The notes beneath the pieces were generated by a model. It made no database searches and was not told where the DNA came from. It worked only from the letters and a program-made list of their open reading frames with translations. The translations under genes were made by a program, and so were the position numbers. 64,000 bases of DNA from Candidatus Delongbacteria bacterium (GTDB lineage: Bacteria > CAIWAD01). Each line of letters begins with the position of its first letter. Position 1 is the first letter of the stretch. Shown here piece after piece: positions 38,290-47,700 of the stretch. The stretch is taken from contig OY760505.1 of NCBI GenBank assembly GCA_963663545.1, positions 1,760,001 to 1,824,000 on the forward strand, read 5' to 3'.

Positions 38290-40077
38290 GTGACCAGACA
38301 ACAGATTCGCCATTTGGCCGACCTGATAAGTTCACCGCGCCAGCGCATCACAAGCACATCTGTATTTCTGCTGCTAGCAGCGGTCTTCGCCACGCTGATC
38401 AGTCTGTTGTTTGCTTTCGAATTCTCCGAACTCAGAGAGGACAAGCTCGCCAGCTTGCAAGCCCAAATTGCCGAACGCGCAACCTCGCTGGAATCGACCC
38501 TGGCAGAACGCATCGACTATCTGGCGCGCCTGAACAATGAACTCAGTTATCGACTGCAGCATTCCCCGTTTACTCAAGACAAGATTGGCTTCGAGTGGTC
38601 CCCACAAGACAGTGTCTGGTCATTGCGCATCGCGGACGAGAGCGGCTGGCCGGTATTGCTGGCCAGCAAAAACGACCCTCGCAAGCTGGACGCGCAGGCC
38701 TCCCGGGAACTGACTGCGCTTGCTACCATGGCAAGCACTCTCCCTTTGCGTGATACAGGAACGGGTGATTTCGTCTGGACCTATTACATCTCGCTACACT
38801 CCTTTCTGCTCATGTATCCGGTTCACGACCTCACGCGGCTGAAGGATGAAGTGGGTATTGCTTCGCTACATGAAGCCTTTGCCCCCGGGGGCTTTGCTAC
38901 CCGCATTGTAGATCACGCACTGTTGGATACAGTTCAGGCAAGCACCAGCGCTTTCTGGAGTGGCGCATACTCCGATCGTGCGGGTCGCGGTTTGATGACA
39001 ACGGTCAAGCAGCGTCTCGTGGGAGAAGAAGGCTTTCGTGGAGTGCTCTGCGTTGATCTTCCATTGGACCAGCTTTCTCCGTTCACCAACTGGAGTGATA
39101 CAGGCCAGCTTCTCTTGGTCAACCAGCGTGACCAGCTTCTGGGACGGAACGGAGATCTGGCCTTCGTCAACGAACAACCGAGGATGCTGGAAGAGATACT
39201 TCCCCACCACGGGCGTTTGCCGAGTGGGACCAGCGAGGGAAATCCTCCCGTGATACAATTGGATGATGAGGGACACATTCGTATCACGGCTCCCATACAT
39301 TCTGCCCCTTTTCATCTGATTCTACTGATGGACTACAGTCGAATCAACTTGGGTGTGCTCAGCATGATGGGGCGTTACCCATTGGCACTGCTGCTCGGAC
39401 TCATCATCCTTGGTGTAGCCGGATTCGTGCTGCTACGCCTCGAACACAGACTGGCAGAACGAGCACAGCTCTTTCGCGCCCATTTTGACCTGTGCCCCGC
39501 CGGCATGGCGCTGCTTGATCCAACCCAAACCTGGCTCATGGTAAATGCCCGCTGCGAAGAAATGCTGGGATACACCGCTGCTGAATTGCGGCGTCGACGC
39601 TGGTGCGACATGCTCATTCCAGAGCAGCAAGAAGAATGCGAAGAGAACTTCCGTCAACTTGAGGTGGGGCGTGAGACACGTTTAACGGCTACTCGCCGTT
39701 TCGTGCGCGCCGATGGCAAGCAATTGCCGGTGGAAGTGGAAGTCTCTGTGATACGCGAGGCCTCCGGCAGTCCTGACTTGTATATCGTCTACCTGCAGGA
39801 TATAAGCCGAAAGCAACAATTGGAATCCGAGCACGAACGCACCATTGCTGAGTTACAGCGCTCTCTCGAGCGCTTGCGCACACTTCAAGGGCTGTTCCCC
39901 ATTTGTGTCACATGCAAAAAAATACGTGACGATGAAGGCTACTGGCACGCAGTTGAAGAGTACATTCAATCTCGCTCCGAGGCCGAATTCAGTCATGCCA
40001 TTTGCCCGGACTGCATGAAGAAGCTCTATCCGGACTTACTGGAAAACGGTGACACACAGGATTCGGAGCAAGCCTGA
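38290..40077 (+). CDS. Membrane sensor protein: TM-Cache-like-TM-PAS with a C-terminal Cys-rich (Zn-ribbon-like) domain
   Basis: Two TM segments; WSGAYSD..G.GLMTT and GVLCVD (Cache); VN....EMLGY..EL and RADG (PAS); PICVTCKKIRDDEGYW...SHAICPDC. The GTG 38290 start is inferred from a GGGGGA SD. Confidence 0.75.
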   Translation: MTRQQIRHLADLISSPRQRITSTSVFLLLAAVFATLISLLFAFEFSELREDKLASLQAQIAERATSLESTLAERIDYLARLNNELSYRLQHSPFTQDKIGFEWSPQDSVWSLRIADESGWPVLLASKNDPRKLDAQASRELTALATMASTLPLRDTGTGDFVWTYYISLHSFLLMYPVHDLTRLKDEVGIASLHEAFAPGGFATRIVDHALLDTVQASTSAFWSGAYSDRAGRGLMTTVKQRLVGEEGFRGVLCVDLPLDQLSPFTNWSDTGQLLLVNQRDQLLGRNGDLAFVNEQPRMLEEILPHHGRLPSGTSEGNPPVIQLDDEGHIRITAPIHSAPFHLILLMDYSRINLGVLSMMGRYPLALLLGLIILGVAGFVLLRLEHRLAERAQLFRAHFDLCPAGMALLDPTQTWLMVNARCEEMLGYTAAELRRRRWCDMLIPEQQEECEENFRQLEVGRETRLTATRRFVRADGKQLPVEVEVSVIREASGSPDLYIVYLQDISRKQQLESEHERTIAELQRSLERLRTLQGLFPICVTCKKIRDDEGYWHAVEEYIQSRSEAEFSHAICPDCMKKLYPDLLENGDTQDSEQA

Positions 40078-40084
40078 AGCCGCA

Positions 40085-40288
40085 TCAATTGGTGAAGAAG
40101 TCGAAGATGTTTCCCAAGGTAGAAGTGTCGGCCTTGTAGAGTTCGCTGTAGTGGCAGCGCTTGCAGGATACAACGGTGAACTTCTTGTTCTGCACGTCAA
40201 AAATCTTGGCCAGCGGTCCACCAACCGTGCGAATCTCATCGGTCTCGTACTCATTGCATCCGCACTTCACACAAACCCAGCGTTCCAT
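40085..40288 (-). CDS. Small zinc-ribbon protein (DUF2082-like)
   Basis: CVKCG...IFDVQNKKF..VSCKRCHYSELYK...NIFDFF; strong GGAGG SD. Confidence 0.85.
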   Translation of the reverse strand: MERWVCVKCGCNEYETDEIRTVGGPLAKIFDVQNKKFTVVSCKRCHYSELYKADTSTLGNIFDFFTN

Positions 40289-40336
40289 TCCTCCTCCTCC
40301 ACAACATTGAATCGTAGTCTGCACCAGCTCACGCAT

Positions 40337-41521
40337 TCAGTCTGCCTGTAGCACCAGGCCTTTCAGGTACTCGCCCTCAGGAAAAGAAAGCAGCGAGGGG
40401 TGATCAGGTCCTTGTGCCAACCGATGGATCACGCGCAATTCACGTCCCGCGTCGACGGCTGCGCTGGCAACGATCTTACGAAACAGCTCGGCATCTACCG
40501 CACCGGAGCAAGAGAAGGTTGCCAACAGACCGCCTGGCGTCAACAGCTCGCAGGCCAGCATGTTGATATCCTTGTATCCTCGTGCCGCGGACTGGACCTG
40601 TTGCTTACGCTCGGCAAACTTGGGCGGGTCCAACACAACCAGACCAAAGCGCTGCTTTGAATCACGCAGTCGACGCAGCAGAGCAAATACATCGTCTTGA
40701 AGAAACTCCGCCTGGATATCTGATGCCTGCAGCTCAAAATTCCGCTCGGCCAATTTGAGCGCGTCTGATGATTGATCGGCACTGAGCACGCTCAAAGCTC
40801 CGGCGGCTGCCGCGTGCAAGGTGAACCCTCCTGTGTAGCAGAAGCAGTTCAGCACGCGCAGCCCAGCCGCAAGCCGCCCTACGAGATGGCGATTGTCGGC
40901 TTGATCCAGATAGAAGCCGGTCTTGTGCCCGTGATACAAATCAACAACCAAAGGCACGCCGCGCTCATGAATCTGAACTTGCTGCGGTGGCGCTTCTCCA
41001 GCAATTACGCCTGTGCGTGGCGGCAGGCCCTCGCGCTTTCGTGCGCTCACTTCGCTACGCTCAAGCACTCCGCGACAACCCGTCAGCTCCATCAGCAAGT
41101 GTGCAATTGTATCACGGTGCCTCTCTGCGCCGGCTGTCGAGAACTGACAACTCAGCCAATCGCCGTAGCGATCGACAATCACACCAGGGAGGCCGTCTGC
41201 TTCCGCATGCAACAGACGTAAGGCTTCGCGAGTCTGCAGATCAGGATGTTGCGCCCGTCGCGCAATAGCTCGAGCGATTCGCGCTGCAAAGAAGGCATCG
41301 TCAATGCGCTCGTCTGCCTGAAAACTCCATACTCGTACGCGGATTTGCGATGCAGGACTGAAGGCGCCCACAGCCAGAGTTTCTCCCCGGGACGATAGTA
41401 CTAGTATTGTATCACCGGCCCGCGGATCGCCCGTGACACGCGCTATCGCTCCCGAGTAAATCCAGGGATGCCCACGCAACAGCGACTTCTCTTTTCCCGG
41501 TAGTAGGTAAACTTGCGCCAT
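40337..41521 (-). CDS. rlmI: 23S rRNA m5C1962 methyltransferase, RlmI family
   Basis: PUA domain GHPWIYSGAI, EADGLPGVIVDRY, GHKTGFYLDQ, LNCFCYTGGF, VLDPPKF, TFSCSG, EGEYLKG. Confidence 0.92.
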   Translation of the reverse strand: MAQVYLLPGKEKSLLRGHPWIYSGAIARVTGDPRAGDTILVLSSRGETLAVGAFSPASQIRVRVWSFQADERIDDAFFAARIARAIARRAQHPDLQTREALRLLHAEADGLPGVIVDRYGDWLSCQFSTAGAERHRDTIAHLLMELTGCRGVLERSEVSARKREGLPPRTGVIAGEAPPQQVQIHERGVPLVVDLYHGHKTGFYLDQADNRHLVGRLAAGLRVLNCFCYTGGFTLHAAAAGALSVLSADQSSDALKLAERNFELQASDIQAEFLQDDVFALLRRLRDSKQRFGLVVLDPPKFAERKQQVQSAARGYKDINMLACELLTPGGLLATFSCSGAVDAELFRKIVASAAVDAGRELRVIHRLAQGPDHPSLLSFPEGEYLKGLVLQAD

Positions 41522-41588
41522 CACGTCCTTCCCGACACCGCGCTCAATGGCTGTCGCGCTTATGTTCACAGCGGACCCCTTCAACACG

Positions 41589-41610
41589 AGACCCCGCCGC
41601 AGCGGGGTCT
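41589..41610. terminator. Hairpin, probable terminator downstream of pckA
   Basis: AGACCCCGC-CGCA-GCGGGGTCT. Confidence 0.55.
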
Positions 41611-41631
41611 ATTACAAATGTGATACAAATT

Positions 41632-43266
41632 CTACTTCGATACCTTCGGCCCCGCAGCAACAACAGACTCGTCCGTTCCGTCACTGAACTGCTTGAAGTT
41701 GTCGATGAAACGCTGCGCAAGGCTGCTATAGGCCTTCCAGTACGCGTCAGTATCGCTCCAGGCTTCCTCGGGACGTAATACATCGTCAGGCACGCCGGGA
41801 CAGCTGACCGGCACGTCGTATCCGAAAAGCGGATCGGTGCGGAACTCGCCCTGGTCCAGCTTTCCGTCCAGGACAGCGTCCAGCAGCGCACGGGTGTGCT
41901 TGATGCTGATGCGCTTGCCCACACCAAAAGAACCACCGATCCAGCCGGTGTTCACCAGCCAGCAACTTGCGTTGTGCTGCTTGATGCGATCACGCAGCAT
42001 TTCTGCGTAACGGGCGGGGTGATGCACCATGAAAGGCGCGCCGAAACAGGTGCTGAAGGTGGCCACCGGTTCCTTGCTCAGGCCGACCTCGGTTCCTGCA
42101 ACTTTGGCCGTGTAACCACTGATGAAGTGATACAACGCCTGCTCGGGCGAGAGACGCGCAATGGGAGGCATCACGCCAAAGGCATCACAGGTCAGCATGA
42201 TCACGTGCTTTGGATGCCCGGCTTTCTTCTCCGGCACTGCGTTGTCGATGAAATCCAGCGGATAGCTAGCGCGCGTATTGGGCGTGTGAGTGTCGTCGTC
42301 CAGATCCAGTTCGCGTGTCACAGGATCGTAAACCACGTTCTCGAGCACCGTACCGCTGCGGCGCGTACAGGCGTAAATCTCCGGCTCCGCTTCTGGATTA
42401 AGGTTGATCACCTTAGCGTAGCAACCGTTCTCAAAGTTGAAAATGCCGTCATCGCTCCAGCCGTGTTCGTCATCGCCAATCAGACGGCGGCGCGGATCTG
42501 CCGACAAGGTCGTCTTGCCCGTACCCGAAAGGCCGAAGAAGAGCGCGCTGTTACCGTTCTCACCCACGTTGGCCGAGCAGTGCATGGAAAGCACATCCTG
42601 CAACGGCAACAGATAATTGAAGACGGTGAACACGCTCTTCTTGATCTCGCCCGCATAACCGGATCCGGCGATCAGTGCCATGCGCTCCTTGAAGTTGAGC
42701 AGAATGGCCGTGCCACTGCGTACGCCGTCAATCTCGGGCACGCTGCGGAAATCGGGCAGGGCGATCACGGTAAAGCCCGGCTTGTAATCCTTGGCCTCCT
42801 CGCGGGGCACGGGGATGAGCGCATTGCGCACAAACATGGATTGCCAGGCATGCTCAGTAATCACGCGAACGGGCAAGCGATAACGCGGATCGGAGCCGCC
42901 GTAGGTGTCCTGCACAAAGACTTCGCGATCGGTCAGATAGCCGCGCATGCGGTTCAGCAGAATGTGAAAGCTGGCCTCATCAATGGGCACGTTGTACTGG
43001 CCCCACCAGATCTTGTCTTCGCTGGTGGCTTCCTTGACAACAAATTTGTCCTTGGGAGCGCGCGCGCAGTGCTCGCCGGTGTAGATCACAACAGGGCCGT
43101 GGGCGACGCTTTCGCACTCGCCGCGGGCAATGGCCTCATCCTGCAGGGTCGCTGTGCACAGATTCCAATAAATCTGTCCCAGGTTGTGCAGTCCGTGATT
43201 CTCCAGGCCAAAATCGGGTTTAAGCAGTTCGGCAGCCATTTCAGCAGGGGTCTGGCAGCAGCTCAT
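41632..43266 (-). CDS. pckA: Phosphoenolpyruvate carboxykinase (ATP)
   Basis: YAGEIKK, MHCSAN, FFGLSGTGKTTLSAD, LIGDDEHGW, GCYAK, NTRASYP, YHFISGYT, LVNTGW. Confidence 0.97.
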   Translation of the reverse strand: MSCCQTPAEMAAELLKPDFGLENHGLHNLGQIYWNLCTATLQDEAIARGECESVAHGPVVIYTGEHCARAPKDKFVVKEATSEDKIWWGQYNVPIDEASFHILLNRMRGYLTDREVFVQDTYGGSDPRYRLPVRVITEHAWQSMFVRNALIPVPREEAKDYKPGFTVIALPDFRSVPEIDGVRSGTAILLNFKERMALIAGSGYAGEIKKSVFTVFNYLLPLQDVLSMHCSANVGENGNSALFFGLSGTGKTTLSADPRRRLIGDDEHGWSDDGIFNFENGCYAKVINLNPEAEPEIYACTRRSGTVLENVVYDPVTRELDLDDDTHTPNTRASYPLDFIDNAVPEKKAGHPKHVIMLTCDAFGVMPPIARLSPEQALYHFISGYTAKVAGTEVGLSKEPVATFSTCFGAPFMVHHPARYAEMLRDRIKQHNASCWLVNTGWIGGSFGVGKRISIKHTRALLDAVLDGKLDQGEFRTDPLFGYDVPVSCPGVPDDVLRPEEAWSDTDAYWKAYSSLAQRFIDNFKQFSDGTDESVVAAGPKVSK

Positions 43267-43308
43267 CTTTTACCTCGCGTGCTACATCTATCTTGCGCGG
43301 TGATACAA

Positions 43309-44523
43309 TCACCAATCGCGTGTCACTTCCTGATCGCCAATCTTGATGGTCTTGGGCGCGTGCGAATCCAGCGCCCAGCGGATGCGGGCCACGCCCTCGC
43401 GTATCTGCTCGGCACTACCGCAAGTCGAAAGGCGCAAATGGCCCTCCATGCCGAACGCATCGCCGGGCACGGTAATCACCAACGCGCGGTTCAACAGCAT
43501 CTCCGCCAGCTTGCTTGACGAATCGCAATAGGCGCGAAAATCCGCAAAACAATAGAACGTGCCGCGCGGCGCCTGCACCTTGACGCCGGGGAGATCCTTC
43601 AAGCATTCCAACAGAATGTTCGCATTCGACCGCAAATCGTTGCGCAGCTGTTCAATACAGGACTGATCACCCTGAAGCGCTGCCACGGCCGCCGTCTGCG
43701 AAAGTGCCGAAGGGCAGCTGGTGATCTGCGCCTGCATACGGCCCATGGCTCCGATCAGCTCACTCGGACCGACAGCCCAGCCAATGCGGAAGCCGGTCAT
43801 GCCGTAGAGCTTGGAAACGCCGTTGATCACCACGACGCGACTTTCTTCGATACCGCCCGGCAGACAATCGTAAATGGAGGTCCACACATTGTCTTCGAAC
43901 ACCAGACGATGGTAGATGTCATCCATGATCAGCCAGACGCCGCGCTCCGCGCAGGCTTGGGCGATTTCGCAGATGAACTCGCGGCTGTACACAGCGCCGC
44001 TGGGGTTATTGGGGCTGTTGAGGATGATCGCCTTGGTCCGCTGGTCGATGGCATCCACCACGACACGCGCCGGGGGCGTAAAGGAATTGTCCTCGGGAAC
44101 CAGCACGCGCGGTATTCCACCGGCCAGGCGCACCATGTCGGGATAGCTGACCCAGTAGGGTGCCAGAAAGAGGATCTCCTCGCCCGGCAAGCTAAGCGCA
44201 TATAAAGCATTGGCCAGCGCCTGTTTGGCTCCGCTCGAAATCACAACCTGGTTGGCTTCCGGTGATACACCGTATTGTTCCTTGGTGTATTGTATCACGG
44301 CTTGCTTCATTTCCGGAGTTCCGGAAGCCGCCGTATAACGCACCTGCCCTCCGGCCAGCATCTCCTGCGCCGCCTGAACAGCCGCTTCAGGAATCAGGCA
44401 CGCGGGTTCGCCGCTGCCAAGATGAATCACGGGCTCGCCCGCCTTGCGCAGCGCGGCAGCCTTTGCGTTGAGCGCCAATGTCGGAGACGGCGCCACTTGA
44501 CGAATGAGAGGATTCAGTTCGAT
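43309..44523 (-). CDS. PLP-dependent aminotransferase class I/II (aspartate aminotransferase-like)
   Basis: PSPTLA, GEP, GAKQAL, PYWVSY, NSPNNPSG, DDIY, SKLYGMTGFRIG. The start is placed at a probable ATC (44523) after AGGAGG; the ORF track start is GTG 44496. Confidence 0.88.
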   Translation of the reverse strand: MELNPLIRQVAPSPTLALNAKAAALRKAGEPVIHLGSGEPACLIPEAAVQAAQEMLAGGQVRYTAASGTPEMKQAVIQYTKEQYGVSPEANQVVISSGAKQALANALYALSLPGEEILFLAPYWVSYPDMVRLAGGIPRVLVPEDNSFTPPARVVVDAIDQRTKAIILNSPNNPSGAVYSREFICEIAQACAERGVWLIMDDIYHRLVFEDNVWTSIYDCLPGGIEESRVVVINGVSKLYGMTGFRIGWAVGPSELIGAMGRMQAQITSCPSALSQTAAVAALQGDQSCIEQLRNDLRSNANILLECLKDLPGVKVQAPRGTFYCFADFRAYCDSSSKLAEMLLNRALVITVPGDAFGMEGHLRLSTCGSAEQIREGVARIRWALDSHAPKTIKIGDQEVTRDW

Positions 44524-44649
44524 GATGATTCCCTCCTATGTATCACAAGCGGAATGAATCCGCGCGGAACCGGACAAGTGTCATGCTCAATATAGAATAG
44601 CCACAGGCGCATTGCCCCGAGCGTTCAAAGCGAACTAAGTGATCATCGC

Positions 44650-44688
44650 AAAAAGAAAACCGGCGCAGCCACGTGGGTTGCGCCGGTT
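44650..44688 (-). terminator. Intrinsic terminator after the C25 peptidase gene
   Basis: The minus strand reads AACCGGCGCAACC-CACGT-GGCTGCGCCGGTT-TTCTTTTT. Confidence 0.8.
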
Positions 44689-44706
44689 CGTCGTCGATGA
44701 AGGTGC

Positions 44707-47700
44707 CTAGTTGATCGCGACTACCTTGTAGAAGTAGTGCTCGTCAGCCAGTGCATCGGGAATCGCGTACAAGGTCTCCGTAGTCGTACCTAGCAGCGAG
44801 TAGCCAGCATATCCGTTGTTCACGGCACGCCAGATCTGATAACTGGTGGCGTTCTCAACGGCATCCCACTCAAGACGCAGTCCGGTGCCGTTCTCGACAA
44901 TCTGAATCACCGGTGCATCCAGGTAGTTGGGTCCGACGGTCAGTGTCACAGGAACTTCCTGCTGCAGGTTGTTGGGATCGTTGCTCTGAATGTACACGGT
45001 GCCGTAATACACGCCCGTTTCCATGTCGGTTGTGTCGAAGCTCACCGTCAGGTTCTGGCTGGAGCCGATGCCCACGGTTCCGGAAGTCGGCGCAAGCGTC
45101 ATCCAGGGAGGCGTAGGCTCTTCAGTGGAGAAGCGGATGGCCATACCGCCAGCAATGTATCCCGCCGTGTTGTTGATTACCTCGGCGCCATCGGTTCCAT
45201 CAGCGTTCTCGATACCGATGGTGCAGCTGTTGTCCAGGCCCACGGTGTGATACTGATAGAGGATTTGGCCGTTTTCGTACAGGATGATCTCATACTTGAA
45301 GAGCTCATCCGTGTCCCAATGCGGCACATTGTCCCACTCGGCAATAAAGCGACCAGCATCCCGCTTCACATGAATACTACCACCGCTACTGGGATCCATA
45401 TCATCCCACAGGACGGCCAGCAGGTTGTTAGGCTCTTCGGTACTGTAGATGTCGCCGTTGGTATAAGCCGTGACCGTACTGGTGAAGGAGGCGAACCCGT
45501 TGGTGCAGACATTGATGGTCGTGTAGTCGTTGCCGTAGAAGCTGAAGGTGAAACCAAGATCGATGCCGGTAACGTTGGTGTCGTCACTGACAGTCAGCTC
45601 CTCGCCCGTTCCGCTGATCTCGATCCAGTCATAGGTCGGTCCACCAGGCTCATTGCTGTCCATCCAAGTGTAGCCGAAGAAATCGTCGGTACCGGTGGCA
45701 CGGCTGCTGTGCACGCGCTCTTCACCCTTGGCCAGCTTGATGTGCTCGTTCTCACCGCGAACCGGATTGTCAATGACAACGGTGCTCGACCAATCGAGGT
45801 CGGCATTACCGGAATTGCTGACGTTGATGGTTGCGGTATCGGTGGTGTTGCTTGGAATGGTGATCGCCAACGAAGTCGGGTTGACCGTCATGACCGGCGC
45901 TGCGGGCTCACCCATGGCCGGGAAGAGAATGTAATCTACCCAGGCACAGTCGCTTCCACCAAACTGATTGACGTCTTTAGTATAGGACCAAGTGAAAGTG
46001 TGACTGCCCGACTCCACCTCGTAAGAGGCTTCGGTCCAGGCAACTTCGCCTGACCAGGCGTCCTGCTCGACGCCGTCGATGGAGAAGCGCAGTTTGTCGT
46101 AGTTGGATTCGCTGCTGACCTTGTACATGAAGCTAAGCTCGCCGTCGGCTGCGATGTCAGCCGTCAAGGAGAGGAGGCTGCTACCGTAATCATCAATGTC
46201 ACCGGACTGGGCACAGTAGCCGCCCTCATAGACATCGGTGCTGGTCAGGAACCAGTTGGCATCGCCACTCAGGGCCCAGTCAAAAGCCGTAAAACCAGCG
46301 CTCTCCCAATCCTCGACGATCAGGCCGATGGAATAGGTCCAGCTTTTGCTCACATCATATGCACCCGCGTCAACGGAGGCGTAGAAGCTCACCGGCGTAC
46401 CCACCGGAGCGGCACCGATGGTTACCTGGAAGTTGGCATAGCTCGTAGCGCCAGCAGCGATGGCCGGGAGAGCAACGGTAGACGTGCCAATGCTGATGTA
46501 GGAGCTGGGCGCGGTTAGCGTTACGCTACCCGCCGGGGAAGCAGCGTGGCCGTTGTTGGTCACCGGAATGCGCAGAGTCAGAGACTCGTTCGGATCCATG
46601 CGACCATTGTCACCGTCGTTGACCGTCGGGGTGGGCAGCGCCATGGCCGGCGCATTCACCGTCAGGTTCATCAAGGCTTCCCATGTGTCGCCGGAACCGG
46701 CAAGATCCAGATCCAGGCTGACCACGTGTTGATCGGGAACGTTGGAGGCGAGCTGCAAGCCAAAGGCGCCACTGCGGTTGATCACCGCGCCAGCGGCCAT
46801 GGTACCAAAGCTCTCGCTACCATCGCTAATGCTGGCGTAGCCATCTTCGGTGGTCAGCGTACCCGTTGTGCTGGTGGAGCTGGCGTTGCCGATGTTCTCA
46901 ATCTCGACACCAAGACCGACGCTCGTACCGTAAGTGGCCGTCGTCGGCGTATAGCTGTTCAGTGCCACGTAGGGACCGCTATTGGGGACCACGGTCACGG
47001 TGCTGATCACCGGAATGCGGTTCTGGCGTGTCACGACAAGGGTGGCTTCGCCAGGCAGCAATGTCTGTGTCCAGTTCAGGGTCAAGTTACCCGAAGCTGG
47101 CACCAGACCCGCGGCGACCAGATCACCTTCATAGGTCAAACCGACATAGCTGTAAGGATCAGCGGCCAAAGTGCAGGAGGTCGCCCCCGACAGCAGGTTG
47201 CTGGGGAGCGAAACCGTGTTGGCCTCGGGAACCGTGATGTAGGTGCTCAGCGCGCAGTCACCCATCAGGCTGTAGATTTCCCAGTAGTAGGTGGTACGGC
47301 TGCTGCCGCCCTCAACCACCGCCAGGTTGCCGGTAACGAGCATCGCGCCCTGGGTCGTCGTCCAATCTGCCCAGGCTTCTCCACGCTCGTGGAACATACC
47401 GTCATACACGCCCTGGCCGAAGTCGTCGATGTCCGGGTCGGACACACAGGTACCCGCACCCGTACCCCACCAGTAGTCCTCGTCCCAGTAGGTGGAGTTG
47501 GTAGCGCCGATGTAGCCGATGGCACCCTTGTTCGCGGCGCGCAGCCAGGCCTCACCGAAGCAGGTGCTGACCTGGAAGCTGTTGGTCAGGCAGCAGTTAC
47601 CGACAACGGTCGGATACTGCCCCGCATTCCCCAGACTATTGATGTTAGTGATGGTGAAGGTGGGATCTCCCCAGCTGGTGGTACTGCCGTGAGCCGTATA

